The notes beneath the pieces were generated by a model. That model made no database searches. It worked only from the letters and a program-made list of their open reading frames with translations, and had not been told where the DNA came from. Positions 1-9,673 of a DNA stretch of 64,000 bases are shown here, one piece after another. Position numbers and translations under genes: made by a program. Source of the DNA: Candidatus Parcubacteria bacterium. Its GTDB lineage: Bacteria; Patescibacteriota; Minisyncoccia; UBA6257; 2-01-FULL-56-20. How positions within the stretch are numbered: the first letter of the stretch is position 1; each line of letters starts with the position of its first letter. The DNA lies in assembly GCA_003599135.1 (NCBI GenBank), contig QZIV01000007.1, forward strand, positions 3,944 through 67,943, in the 5' to 3' direction.

Positions 1-1355
1 TGTGGTTCGATTCCGGCGCGATGCCCTTTGCCCAGTGGCACTATCCTTTCGAAAACCGAGAAACGGTTGATAAAAAAAGAGCGTTCCCGGCCGACTACAT
101 CTCGGAAGCGGTTGACCAGACGCGCGGGTGGTTTTATACGCTCCTTTCGGTCTCGACCCTTCTCGGCAAGGGAGCTCCCTATAAGAACGTGATTTGTCTG
201 GGTCACATCAACGACAAGTTCGGCCAGAAGATGTCGAAGTCGAAAGGCAACATTGTCGATCCGTGGCTCACGATCCAGAAATACGGCGTCGATGCGGTCC
301 GATGGAACTTTTATTCCGCAGCGCCTCCCGGAGAGCCGAAAAACTTCGACGAGGCGGAAATTTTGAAAACGTCGAGGAAGCTCCACCTCATCCTCTATAA
401 TTCGCTCGTTTTCTATAGAACGTATGCCCTCGGAGGAAAACCGAAGGCGATTGAAAACTTGAAACCGAAGCACGTCCTTGATCGGTGGGTTGTTGCGCGG
501 CTCGGGGATACGATCCGTGTTGCGACGAGGCATCTCGACGCCTACGAAGTTCGCGAAGCCGCTCTCGCAATCGAGGCGTTCGTTGATGACCTCTCGCGGT
601 GGTACATCCGCCGCTCGCGCCGGAGATTCCAGCCTGCCCGCCGAAGTCTCAACGCAGGCGGGAAGCCAGAAAGTAAAAAAGATTTTGAGGCGGCCTCGGA
701 GATATTAGGAGGAGTGCTTCTCGAGACGGCAAAACTTCTTGCGCCGTTCACGCCGTTTTTCGCCGATGCTCTCTACGGCGCGCTTTCGAAAAGCGAGGCC
801 GAGTCAGTCCACCTAGCCGACTGGCCGGAGGCCCCAAAGAAGATGACCGACCTGAAGCTCGTTTCGGGAATGAGCGAAGTGCGCCGTCTCGCAAGCCTTG
901 CACTCGCAAAGCGGGAAGAAGCGAAAATAAAAGTTCGCCAACCCCTGCCGGTCCTTAAAATAAAGAGTGCCACCCTCAAGGGACAGCGTGAACTTTTGGA
1001 AATTCTCCGAGACGAAGTCAACGTGAAACAAGTTTCGGTTGATCCGAAGCTCAAAGAGGAATTGTGGCTCGATACAACAATTACGCCCGAGCTCCGCGAG
1101 GAGGGGATCGTTCGCGAGCTTATCCGCGCCGTTCAGGACCTCCGACAGAAAGCGGAGCTTCGACCGAAAGACAGAATTATTCTCATGCTCTCCTTGCCCG
1201 AGAATATTGCCGCCATGGCTCTACGGAACGAGGCGTTTCTCAAAAAAGAAGTGGGAGCGAAAGCGGTTCAATATAAAAAATCGGAGAAGTTCGGGGCGGA
1301 GACAGAGACGAAGATTGAGAATTGGGGCGTTTGGTTGGGAATTCGGAAAGCGTAA
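1..1355 (+). CDS. ileS: Isoleucyl-tRNA synthetase, C-terminal part (5' end lies outside the window)
   Basis: The ORF is open from the window edge. It carries the class I KMSKS motif (KMSKSKGN) and the EAVDQTRGWFYTL block typical of IleRS. The C-terminal coiled region has no Cys-rich zinc domain. Confidence 0.75.
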   Translation, partial: WFDSGAMPFAQWHYPFENRETVDKKRAFPADYISEAVDQTRGWFYTLLSVSTLLGKGAPYKNVICLGHINDKFGQKMSKSKGNIVDPWLTIQKYGVDAVRWNFYSAAPPGEPKNFDEAEILKTSRKLHLILYNSLVFYRTYALGGKPKAIENLKPKHVLDRWVVARLGDTIRVATRHLDAYEVREAALAIEAFVDDLSRWYIRRSRRRFQPARRSLNAGGKPESKKDFEAASEILGGVLLETAKLLAPFTPFFADALYGALSKSEAESVHLADWPEAPKKMTDLKLVSGMSEVRRLASLALAKREEAKIKVRQPLPVLKIKSATLKGQRELLEILRDEVNVKQVSVDPKLKEELWLDTTITPELREEGIVRELIRAVQDLRQKAELRPKDRIILMLSLPENIAAMALRNEAFLKKEVGAKAVQYKKSEKFGAETETKIENWGVWLGIRKA

Positions 1356-1361
1356 CGAAAA

Positions 1362-1391
1362 CGGCGCACGAGGATTTGGACCTGTGCGCCG
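1362..1391. terminator. Hairpin between convergent ileS and cupin genes; candidate bidirectional terminator
   Basis: An 8-bp GC-rich stem (cggcgcac/gtgcgccg) sits 7 nt after the ileS stop. On the minus strand the stem is followed by a TTTT run. Confidence 0.35.
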
Positions 1392-1414
1392 TGATTACTG
1401 TTTTGGACACTCAC

Positions 1415-1807
1415 CTAGCTGTTGGGCGAGTTCAGCAACTCGCCGTTCGATCCCATAATCTTATAGGGAAAAAGATCGCTAGGGTCGAAAGGTTTTGACG
1501 AGAGTGCCGTCATCGTGCTCCCTGGTTCGAAGATCAGGGCGTGGCCGATGCCGGCAGGAATGTGAATCCTAGTTCCGATTCCCAGATCTCGGAAGACTCT
1601 GCGGTTTTTCGTGACCACGTTCTCGAGGACAAGTATGCGGATCTTCCCCGAACTTACGAAGAAGATTTCTTCCTGTCGCAGGTGGACGTGATTGCCTACC
1701 GGGATGGAGGCCTTGAAAAAGAAGTGCCCCAGCCGCATCGCCGCGAACTCTCCGTTCATCGGCTCGAAGATGTCGCGCCGCTCGTCGGAGTTCGCCGGGG
1801 GGACCAT
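1415..1807 (-). CDS. Small cupin-fold protein, possibly a WxcM/FdtA-like sugar isomerase or epimerase
   Basis: The 130-aa ORF has a cupin-like His-containing core (PVGNHVHLRQEEIFFVSSGKIRI). Assigned by family resemblance only. Confidence 0.4.
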   Translation of the reverse strand: MVPPANSDERRDIFEPMNGEFAAMRLGHFFFKASIPVGNHVHLRQEEIFFVSSGKIRILVLENVVTKNRRVFRDLGIGTRIHIPAGIGHALIFEPGSTMTALSSKPFDPSDLFPYKIMGSNGELLNSPNS

Positions 1808-1847
1808 AGTGACAAGATCCCCAGGTTGATGTTGCCGTGCGGCTGAC

Positions 1848-2576
1848 TCATGAGGTGCACTCCGGAGTGAACTGCAACCTCAACCTCCCGAGCTTTTGCA
1901 GGGCGAGGAAGGTGGTGCTGATAGAGCAGTCTTCACGGACTTTACCTTCCTCAATGAGCTTCAGCCACTCGCCGAGCGGAATGGCAACTCCCTTCAAGAA
2001 CTCAGTCTCGTCGAGTTTGGCCCTGCGGCGGACGATTGGTTCCTTGGGGGTTCCGAGGAATGGAAAACAGCGTTGCGTTGACTGGCGTGTGCTCACGGGA
2101 ATGCCGACGCCGTTGCTCAACGAGATAACCTCGGCGAGTTCGATGCCGGTTTCATGGGTAAACTCACGTCTGGCGCAGGCTCCGTAGGGGTCGGTGGTTT
2201 TCATGTCGTCGTTGCTCGGCACGCCGGAAGGCGGTACGAGCGTGATGTCATTCGATCCCTGTTTCCACTCGCCGACAACGATGAGGAGATCTCCGGGAAG
2301 GAGTACGAAGGTCGTTGCCCAGTTCCGTCCGACGTGGCGAAAATAGCGTTCGATCCGGCCAGCCGGGTTTTTGAGGAATTGAACCTCGACCCGAGGCGCG
2401 AACTTAAGCTCGTGCAGCTGGTCGGGGGTAAGTGGTCCAGCGTTGCCAGCCAGATACTCTTGAATTGAAAGCGGCGGCCGCACCGTTTCCCACTCGCGGA
2501 CGCCGAGTTCGCCGAGCACTTGGTAAATCGTTTTTGCAGTTACAAGGGGAAAACCAAACCGTGTTTCCATGCTCAA
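1848..2576 (-). CDS. Nudix hydrolase
   Basis: A Nudix box-like segment is present (ARREFTHETGIELAEV, matching the REx2EExGU pattern). Confidence 0.5.
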   Translation of the reverse strand: MSMETRFGFPLVTAKTIYQVLGELGVREWETVRPPLSIQEYLAGNAGPLTPDQLHELKFAPRVEVQFLKNPAGRIERYFRHVGRNWATTFVLLPGDLLIVVGEWKQGSNDITLVPPSGVPSNDDMKTTDPYGACARREFTHETGIELAEVISLSNGVGIPVSTRQSTQRCFPFLGTPKEPIVRRRAKLDETEFLKGVAIPLGEWLKLIEEGKVREDCSISTTFLALQKLGRLRLQFTPECTS

Positions 2577-2667
2577 ACCTCCCTTTCACTTTGGGATATT
2601 TCTGGATATGAACCCGAAACGAGGGTTACTGCAAAAAACTGTACGATTTTGTTATGGGATTGTCAAG

Positions 2668-3681
2668 TCAGAGTGCAATACCGATCCGCTTTTTCGCCTC
2701 CTGAATTTTTTTGGAGGCGGCCACTGATGCCATTCCCGATCCTTTCACGAGCACCGCTCGGAGGGCGGACGTTTTATTTCTCAATTCCGCTTTTTTCGAT
2801 CTGAATTTCGCGAGCTTTTCCGATACTTCCTCCGCGACGGCGGCCTTGAACGTTGCATAGTTTTTGCCTCGAAACTTTTTCTCGAGCTGAAGAATCGGCT
2901 TTCCGGTAAAGGACGAAAGAATCTCAAGGAGATTACTTACCCCGGGTTTCTTCTCCCGGTCGTATTTTACTTCACTTCCGGAATCCGTAACCGCCCGGCC
3001 GATTTTCTTTTTTATCTCCTCAGGCGAGTCGTCGAGAAAGAGGCACCCTTCAGGCTGGGACTTGGACATTTTCTTTTCAGGGTTCATTAAACTCATCACG
3101 CGAGGCGTTTTCGTAAGAAGCGGCTGGGGCTCTACGAAGGTTCTTCCAAATTTCGAGTTGAATTTCCGGGCAAGAGTCCGAGTCAGTTCGAGATGCTGGA
3201 GCTGATCGTGTCCCACCGGAACAAATTTCGCATCGCAAAAAAGAATATCAGCTGCCATGAGCACCGGATAATAAAAGAGGCCGATGTTTGAAGTTTCTTT
3301 TTCACCTTCGGATTTTTCTTTAAACTGTGTCATGCGACGAAGATCGCCCATCGGAGTCAAGGTACCTAGAATCCATGCGAGTTCAGTGTGGCTCGGGCTT
3401 TGCGACTGTTGGAAGATGGTTGACTTCCTTGGGTTAAGCCCGGCGGCAAGAAAGTCGGCGACCAACTCCAAGATTTGTTTAGGTTTTTCTTTCGGGTCGA
3501 ATGCTTCGGTGAGCGAGTGGAGATCCGCGATAAAAAAATAGCACTCGTATTTGCCGGAGTCCTGAAGCTCCACGAAATTCTTGAGCGCTCCTAAGTAATT
3601 TCCAATATGCAACCGGCCGCTTGGCTGGATCCCCGAAACTAAAACTGGTTTTGCCATCCAATTATTATATCTCGATAACAA
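2668..3681 (-). CDS. trpS: Tryptophanyl-tRNA synthetase
   Basis: The N-terminal GIQPSGRLHIGNYLGA (HIGH region) and the KMSKS motif are in the correct spacing, and 337 aa is typical TrpRS length. Confidence 0.9.
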   Translation of the reverse strand: MLSRYNNWMAKPVLVSGIQPSGRLHIGNYLGALKNFVELQDSGKYECYFFIADLHSLTEAFDPKEKPKQILELVADFLAAGLNPRKSTIFQQSQSPSHTELAWILGTLTPMGDLRRMTQFKEKSEGEKETSNIGLFYYPVLMAADILFCDAKFVPVGHDQLQHLELTRTLARKFNSKFGRTFVEPQPLLTKTPRVMSLMNPEKKMSKSQPEGCLFLDDSPEEIKKKIGRAVTDSGSEVKYDREKKPGVSNLLEILSSFTGKPILQLEKKFRGKNYATFKAAVAEEVSEKLAKFRSKKAELRNKTSALRAVLVKGSGMASVAASKKIQEAKKRIGIAL

Positions 3682-3723
3682 CAGGAAGTATCACCCTTCG
3701 ACTGCGCTCAGGGCAAGTCGGCC

Positions 3724-5496
3724 TTATATCTCTATTACGACGGGCAAGATCATCGGTCGGCGGCGGGTTTTGTTATAGAGAAACTGCCCGATCTGGTCCC
3801 GGATGATCGTTTTTAAGTAATCGCTTTCAACGGATTGGGAGGTCGGGAGGCGCGAGATGAGGCCGCGGATGCGCTTCCGCACTTCCTCGAGCACCTCCTG
3901 ATTTTCTTTGAGGTAAATGAATCCGCGCGAGATGATGTCGGGGCTTTTCAAAAGCTTCGCCTTGTCCCGGGCGATCGTAACGATGATGACGACCATTCCC
4001 TCCTGAGCGAGTGTTCGCCTGTCGCGGAGCACGACCTCCTCGACGTCGCCGACGCCCAAGCCGTCCACCATTACGTAGAATGCAGGGACAGTTTCCTGGG
4101 TTACACGGAAGGAGTCTGGGGTAAGCTCCGCAACCTGGCCGTTGTCCATAAGGATAATGTTTTCCTTTTTGATCCCCGCCTCGCGGGCGTTTTGCGCGTT
4201 CGCGGCGCGCATGAAGTAGTACCCGTGCACCGGTACGAGGAATTTCGGTTTCAAGAGTTCCATCACCAGCTTTAAGTCTTCTTTGGGAGCGTGGCCGCTT
4301 GAGTGGATGTCAACAATTTTCGAGTGATAGACGATCGCGCCTTGCCGTGCGAGGTTGTCTTTCAAGACCTGTACACTCCGTTCGTTCCCCGGAATAATCG
4401 AAGACGAGAAGATGACCGTATCGCTCGGCTTTATCTTTATATGCCGGTGCTCTCCGGTTACGATTTTCATGAGACTCGCGTTTTCTTCCCCCTGTGCACC
4501 GGTTGAGAGCACCAATAATCTGTCGTCACGGATCTTGTGCATCTCTTCGAGGGAAATGATCGTTCCCTGCTTTGCCTTGATAAAGCCAAGACTCTGCGCG
4601 ATCTGGACGTTCGTCTTCATGGAATACCCCGAGAGCGCGACCCGTTTTCCGATTTTCTCGGCGATCTTCACTATCTCGGCGATGCGGGTGAGAAGCGACG
4701 CGAAGGTTGCGATGATGATCCTCCCCTCCGCTTTCTTAAAAATTTCTTCGAGATTTTTCTCGACAATGCGCTCGGAGAGCGAGTGGCCGGCCTCCTCGGC
4801 GTTTGTGCTGTCGACGAGGAACGTGTGCACCCCCATCCGTCCGATGCGCTCGAATTCTTCCAGGCCCTGCGGATTGTCATCGTCGTCGTAATCAATCTTG
4901 AAGTCCGCGAAGTGGACGATGTTTCCCGCCGGAGTTTTCAAAAGCACGCCGGTCGTCTCGGGGATGTTGTGCGCGACGCCGAAGAATTCGGCCTCGAAGG
5001 AATTGGAAACTTTTATCCGATCCCCGTTTTTTACTATGTGGATTTTGAGGCGCGGAGCGTTCGGGTGGTCTTCCTGACGTTTTTCGATAATCGCTTTGGT
5101 AAGCGATGTTGCGTAAATAATAGGGTTACCGAGTTTTTCGATGATATGCGGGATTGCCCCGATGTGATCGTAGTGAGCGTGCGTGAGGATGAGCGCCTGG
5201 ACATTCGATTTTTTGCTCTCGAGATATGTCATGTTCGGGATGATGTAGTCGATGCCAGGAGTCGCCTCTTCGGGGAATTGTAAACCGGCGTCAACGATGA
5301 CGATTTCGTTCTTGTATTCGAGGAACATACAGTTCCGTCCGACCTCTTCGAGGCCGCCCAGAGGCACGAGTCGAACCGCTCCGTCGGGAGACGAGGAAGT
5401 TGCCTGTCGATCTCGATCCATTGGGCGTGGATGAACTCCGGTTTTTGGGGGCCGGCTTGTCTCGGTTGTTCTAAAAGGAGTCCGTCGAGGAGTCAT
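3724..5496 (-). CDS. rnj: Ribonuclease J (metallo-beta-lactamase / beta-CASP family)
   Basis: The HAHYDHIGA metallo-beta-lactamase motif, the LGGLEEVGRNCMFLEY N-terminal region and a beta-CASP-like C-terminal half are present in a 590-aa ORF. The true start may be the internal Met near 5421. Confidence 0.85.
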   Translation of the reverse strand: MTPRRTPFRTTETSRPPKTGVHPRPMDRDRQATSSSPDGAVRLVPLGGLEEVGRNCMFLEYKNEIVIVDAGLQFPEEATPGIDYIIPNMTYLESKKSNVQALILTHAHYDHIGAIPHIIEKLGNPIIYATSLTKAIIEKRQEDHPNAPRLKIHIVKNGDRIKVSNSFEAEFFGVAHNIPETTGVLLKTPAGNIVHFADFKIDYDDDDNPQGLEEFERIGRMGVHTFLVDSTNAEEAGHSLSERIVEKNLEEIFKKAEGRIIIATFASLLTRIAEIVKIAEKIGKRVALSGYSMKTNVQIAQSLGFIKAKQGTIISLEEMHKIRDDRLLVLSTGAQGEENASLMKIVTGEHRHIKIKPSDTVIFSSSIIPGNERSVQVLKDNLARQGAIVYHSKIVDIHSSGHAPKEDLKLVMELLKPKFLVPVHGYYFMRAANAQNAREAGIKKENIILMDNGQVAELTPDSFRVTQETVPAFYVMVDGLGVGDVEEVVLRDRRTLAQEGMVVIIVTIARDKAKLLKSPDIISRGFIYLKENQEVLEEVRKRIRGLISRLPTSQSVESDYLKTIIRDQIGQFLYNKTRRRPMILPVVIEI

Positions 5497-5515
5497 ATAT
5501 TCTAAATATTCTGAG

Positions 5516-5597
5516 TGGGCAGGGAGGGATTTGAACCCTCAAGCCTTGCGGCATACGGCCCTGAACCGTACGTGTCTGCCAATTTCACCACCTGCCC
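5516..5597 (-). tRNA. tRNA-Leu, anticodon CAG, long variable arm, no encoded CCA
   Basis: The reverse complement folds as a type II cloverleaf: a 7-bp acceptor stem (GGGCAGG/CCTGCCC), D-arm, anticodon stem TACGG/CCGTA with loop TTCAGGG (anticodon CAG, G37), a 13-nt variable arm and a T-arm GAGGG-TTCAAAT-CCCTC. Confidence 0.85.
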
Positions 5598-5667
5598 TCG
5601 GAAAGACAAAATGTGCGCGATGTGCGTGGAAAGTAAGAGAGTATCCTAGCAAGAAAACGATTCGAAG

Positions 5668-7326
5668 TCAAGATTTGAACGCTCGCGCGGTTTTGAGGTA
5701 CCACAGGGATGCGTCTCGAAAGCGATCTGCCGGCTCGGCGATGTGTTGGGCTTCGATTCCCTGTAAGCCTTTCGGCACAAGATACAAATAGTCGGGTGAG
5801 TAAAGAAACACAGCCGGATAGTCCGCGATAATCGTGCTTTGAAGCTCCTCGAATTGCTCGTGCCGGTTGTCCGGAGCAAGGTTTTGACGGGTCGAAACGA
5901 TCAGCGAGTCGACTTTTTTATTGCTGTAGATGCTCAAGTTGAGTCCGGGGAAAAAACGCTCCGACGAGTGCCAGAAAGAGAAAAGGTCGGAGCTCGGCCC
6001 CAGAATGTTTCCGAAGAGAAGCATTTCGTAATCGCGGTTTTTAATGATGGTGTTCGTAACTTCTTCGGGCGACTGCGCGATCACATTTATCTTGAATCCC
6101 ACGCGTTCCCACATCGACCGGAGCTCGTTCGCGGTTTGGACAAGAAAGCCGATTTGAGGGACAACGAGGTTGAGTTCAAGTGGGATGGTGCTGCTTTTAA
6201 TCGCTTTCTCCCGGTAGCCTTTTTCTTCAACGAATTTCCAGCCCGCGCCCTCGAGAGTTTCCTTTGCAAGCTCCGGAGAGAACGACTCACCTCTGTCTTT
6301 GGAGATCGCGTATGGAGCTCCGGAGGGAATCGGACTCATGACTTCGGCGCCGCGGTTTTGGAGTATGTCGGCGAGGATGCGCGAGGTATCTGTTGCGAAC
6401 GTGAGAGCTCTCCGCACCTCGAGTTCCTTGAGTGCAAGATTCTTGCTCTGGTTCAAGAACACCGCGTAATAGCGGGGGAGCTGGAACGAGAGCATCGCGT
6501 GCGGCCGCTCCACTTGTTTCAGATCGCTTACGGGAAGGCCCGCCAACCCGTCAACTCGTCCGGCGTTGAATTCTTTTACAAGGTCCTCGCTTTGAGAGAA
6601 GAAACGGAAAACAATCTCGGAAATGAACGGGCGGCCGTTGTGATAGAGAGGGTTCGCGGCGAGGCGGTACGTTTCGACGAATCCGTCGGATCTCGCTTTA
6701 TAAGAAGCAAAGGCGTATGCTCCGCTCCCCACGGGCTGCAGATTGAATTCGGAAAGCCGCCAGTTGGGAGGCGCTACGTCGTCGAGGAGGTGTTTTGGTA
6801 CGACGTAGAGAGAGTCAAGGTTATACGAGAAAAAGGCGTACGGATTTGCGAGTACGAATTGAAGCTCGAGTTCGCTTAACCGGGTTGCGAGCACTCCTTG
6901 CCACGCGACCGCAAGCGGGGATTGGGTTTCGGGATCTTGGATTTTTTGAACCGTAAAAATGACGTCGTCGCTCGTGAGTTTTTCTCCGTCGTGCCACGTG
7001 AGGCGCTCTTTGAGGCGAACTTTCCAAGTCCGCCCGTCTTTGCTCGCTTCAACTTTTTCCGCGAGACTCGTCAGACTCGAGAAGACGAGGCGTGCTAGAT
7101 TTTTATCGGCCTCCGTTGTGGCGAGGAGAGGGTTTACATACGCAGGTTGGCCGATTACTCCTTCGATGAACTCCCCTCCTTCGGCCGCAACGACACGGGT
7201 CGACCCTTCGACCCAAAGCGCTGTAAGGACAATCGCACTTATGACCCCGATTGTTCCCGCGCCCACGAAGAAACGCCGCTCTTTGGGAGAAAACGAATCG
7301 TAGATGTGTTTGAGGTTAGCAAACAT
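5668..7326 (-). CDS. ABC transporter substrate-binding protein, family 5 (Opp/Dpp-like), with N-terminal membrane anchor
   Basis: The 552-aa ORF has an N-terminal hydrophobic helix and family-5 SBP-like conserved blocks. No permease or ATPase genes are adjacent. Confidence 0.6.
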   Translation of the reverse strand: MFANLKHIYDSFSPKERRFFVGAGTIGVISAIVLTALWVEGSTRVVAAEGGEFIEGVIGQPAYVNPLLATTEADKNLARLVFSSLTSLAEKVEASKDGRTWKVRLKERLTWHDGEKLTSDDVIFTVQKIQDPETQSPLAVAWQGVLATRLSELELQFVLANPYAFFSYNLDSLYVVPKHLLDDVAPPNWRLSEFNLQPVGSGAYAFASYKARSDGFVETYRLAANPLYHNGRPFISEIVFRFFSQSEDLVKEFNAGRVDGLAGLPVSDLKQVERPHAMLSFQLPRYYAVFLNQSKNLALKELEVRRALTFATDTSRILADILQNRGAEVMSPIPSGAPYAISKDRGESFSPELAKETLEGAGWKFVEEKGYREKAIKSSTIPLELNLVVPQIGFLVQTANELRSMWERVGFKINVIAQSPEEVTNTIIKNRDYEMLLFGNILGPSSDLFSFWHSSERFFPGLNLSIYSNKKVDSLIVSTRQNLAPDNRHEQFEELQSTIIADYPAVFLYSPDYLYLVPKGLQGIEAQHIAEPADRFRDASLWYLKTARAFKS

Positions 7327-7379
7327 AGGCGGTCAAAAATGCGGACGCGCGGAGGCCTTTGCGCCGCGTTCGGCCGATT

Positions 7380-7595
7380 TCAGTAAATAAGCTGAATTAT
7401 TGCAAGTCCCGCGAACACAATCGTGAGAGTGATGGTCGCTCTAAAAATTACTTTTTCGAGACCCCTCCGGGCCTGGTAGAATCCCCCTTCGCCTCCGCCC
7501 CCCAGGATTCCGGATATGCCGCCCGAGCGTTCTTGGAGGAGAATGAGAATCACGAGAACCACGGCGACTGCGATCTGAAGAATTGAGATAATCAT
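7380..7595 (-). CDS. secG: Preprotein translocase subunit SecG
   Basis: The 71-aa ORF has two TM segments and a glycine-rich loop (LLQERSGGISGILGGGGEGG), the characteristic SecG pattern. Confidence 0.75.
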   Translation of the reverse strand: MIISILQIAVAVVLVILILLQERSGGISGILGGGGEGGFYQARRGLEKVIFRATITLTIVFAGLAIIQLIY

Positions 7596-7957
7596 TAGTT
7601 TTTTCTTGCGGTTGCTTGATGGAACACGAAATTGATGGCCGTGAAAAGCAGAGTCCCGTAGATCAAGGCCGGAATCGTTTCAATCCTAAGGTCTTTCACG
7701 ACGGTGTCAAGAACGTAGAGCACAATCGCGTTCACAAGTATGAGTCCGAAGCCGAGCGTAAGGACGATGACGGGTCCGAGTACGAGTTTCAAAATCGGTT
7801 TGAGGACGAAATTGAAAACGGTAAGAATGAAGGCGATCGTTGCGATGCCTCTCACGTCTCCCGTGGCAAGCACGAAACCGGGAATATACGCCGCCGCGAC
7901 CCACAGGCCGAGGGCGTTGAGGAGCACTGCAACAACAATGCGCGAGATCCAGCGCAT
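7595..7957 (-). CDS. DUF360 / YvlD-like (phage holin 4_2 family) 4-TM membrane protein
   Basis: The 120-aa ORF has four predicted TM helices and the repeated GLWVAA..IPGF pattern typical of this family. Confidence 0.55.
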   Translation of the reverse strand: MRWISRIVVAVLLNALGLWVAAAYIPGFVLATGDVRGIATIAFILTVFNFVLKPILKLVLGPVIVLTLGFGLILVNAIVLYVLDTVVKDLRIETIPALIYGTLLFTAINFVFHQATARKN

Positions 7958-7986
7958 ACCTACATTATAACACGGGAGCAGTCCTC

Positions 7987-9522
7987 TCAGAGAAGCAGGT
8001 TCTCGAGGAGACTCCTTCCGGTCATTTCTTTTTGTTTTTCGATGCCCATGAGCTCCACGATCGTTGGTGCAACATCGGCGAGGGACCCAATACTCTCTCG
8101 TTTCATCGTTTTCCAGTTCGCGAACTTTCGCCCCTTGAACTCCGGAGCGATAAGGTAAAACGGAACCGGGTTCGGATCATGTTGGCTCTCCGGAAGCCCG
8201 GTTATCGGATTCAAAACTTCCTCCAGGTTTCCGTGATCGGACGTGATCGCGACGATATGCTCCTCGCTCACGGCGATCTTCATCAAGCGGGAAAGTTCGG
8301 AGTCAATAATCTCCGTGGCGCGGATCGCGGCTTGATAGTTGCTCGTGTGCGCCATCGTGTCCGGGTTCGCGTAGTTTACGAGGATAAAATCGAATGCGCG
8401 ACCCTGTAGCGACTGGATAAGCCGGTCGGTGATCGCTCCAGCCATCATTTCCGGATGTTCTTCTGGTTTCGGACCGGAAATCGAGGGAATAAGAACTCGA
8501 TATTCATTTTTGAAAGGCCGTTCCCGGTAGCCGTTGAAAAAATACGTGACGTGAGCGTACTTGTACGTTTCGGCCAGACGAAGCTGTGTTTTTCCGCTGT
8601 CACTCACGACTTTTCCTAGAGGGGTATCTACGTGATCCGGCGGGAACGCAACGGGAGTTTTAAAACCCTCTTCATATTGCGTCATTGTTGCGATGTGGAG
8701 GTTTTCGAATTTTTTCACCGGAAAGTGATTAAAGTCCTTCACGACGAAAGCTTCGCTTAGCTGCCGCATGCTGTCTTCTCTATAGTTAAAAAAGATAAGC
8801 GCGTCGTTGTCTTCTATGGCGGAGTCTTCTTTACAACGGATTGGCGGGAGATATTCCTCAGTGAGTCCCCGGCTATAGGTTTCTTCCATCGGTTGTGAGA
8901 AGTTTTCCATGACGGGAGCGACGGCTTTCGTCAGGTTTTCGTAACATGCCTGGGTAAGTTGCCAATTCGAGTTCCTGTCCATCGCGTAATAGCGGCCAGT
9001 GAGCGTCGCCACCCTGTCTTTCGGTACTTCTTCTAAGAACCCCTTCAGTGATTTCGGAGAACTGTCTTTCCCGTCGCTAAAGAGGTGAAGTCGTATGTTT
9101 TTTACCCCTTCTTTCTTCGCCATTTCGATGAGGGCTCCGAGGTGGTCAATGGAGGCGTGAACATTCCCTTTGCTCAAGAGCCCCGCGAGATTAAGAGAAG
9201 AATCGTGCTTCTTCGCGTGTTCGATAGCTCCGCGAAGCGCCGGGTTCTGGAAAAAACTTCGGTCTCGGATCGCAAGGGTGATTCTCGGATAATATTGGTA
9301 GATAATCTTTCCGGCCCCAAGAGTAAGGTGGCCAACTTCACTGTTTCCGACCTCTCCCCAAGGAAGCCCCACTCCGATGCCGGACGCCTGCAGGCTCGTC
9401 GAAGGGAAATTTTCTTCAATCCACGCAATGGTTTTCGGCTTGACCACATGAATCGGATTGGACTCGTTTTCATCCCCAATACCCCAACCGTCCAATACGA
9501 TGAGAGTCATGCACCGTTTCAT
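7987..9522 (-). CDS. gpmI: 2,3-bisphosphoglycerate-independent phosphoglycerate mutase
   Basis: The N-terminal LIVLDGWGIG motif, 511 aa and an alkaline-phosphatase-like core are characteristic of iPGM. Confidence 0.85.
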   Translation of the reverse strand: MKRCMTLIVLDGWGIGDENESNPIHVVKPKTIAWIEENFPSTSLQASGIGVGLPWGEVGNSEVGHLTLGAGKIIYQYYPRITLAIRDRSFFQNPALRGAIEHAKKHDSSLNLAGLLSKGNVHASIDHLGALIEMAKKEGVKNIRLHLFSDGKDSSPKSLKGFLEEVPKDRVATLTGRYYAMDRNSNWQLTQACYENLTKAVAPVMENFSQPMEETYSRGLTEEYLPPIRCKEDSAIEDNDALIFFNYREDSMRQLSEAFVVKDFNHFPVKKFENLHIATMTQYEEGFKTPVAFPPDHVDTPLGKVVSDSGKTQLRLAETYKYAHVTYFFNGYRERPFKNEYRVLIPSISGPKPEEHPEMMAGAITDRLIQSLQGRAFDFILVNYANPDTMAHTSNYQAAIRATEIIDSELSRLMKIAVSEEHIVAITSDHGNLEEVLNPITGLPESQHDPNPVPFYLIAPEFKGRKFANWKTMKRESIGSLADVAPTIVELMGIEKQKEMTGRSLLENLLL

Positions 9523-9551
9523 GCCTTACATTGTAAGGGATACTTGGAATG

Positions 9552-9579
9552 TTGACTAATTGGAACCGTACATTACAAT
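9552..9579 (+). promoter_or_regulatory. Sigma70-like promoter upstream of rny
   Basis: TTGACT (9552-9557), a 16-nt spacer and TACAAT (9574-9579) lie in the 150-bp divergent intergenic region. Confidence 0.4.
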
Positions 9580-9673
9580 ATGAAAGTAAGTAAAAAGTCA
9601 TCGACATTACACCCCCAAAGAATTCAGAAAACTAATCCTTTTAGTCCAATGAAGAATTTAGGGAATCACTTGT

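Noticed and set aside
1425-1444. 8-bp stem hairpin (GGCGAGTT/AACTCGCC)
   Set aside because: It lies inside the 3' end of the cupin coding sequence and no U-tract follows on either strand.
4537-5283. 248-aa plus-strand ORF inside rnj; 346-aa plus-strand ORF (5839-6879) inside the SBP gene
   Set aside because: Both are antisense shadows of strongly supported genes, with Arg-rich composition typical of GC-rich antisense frames.
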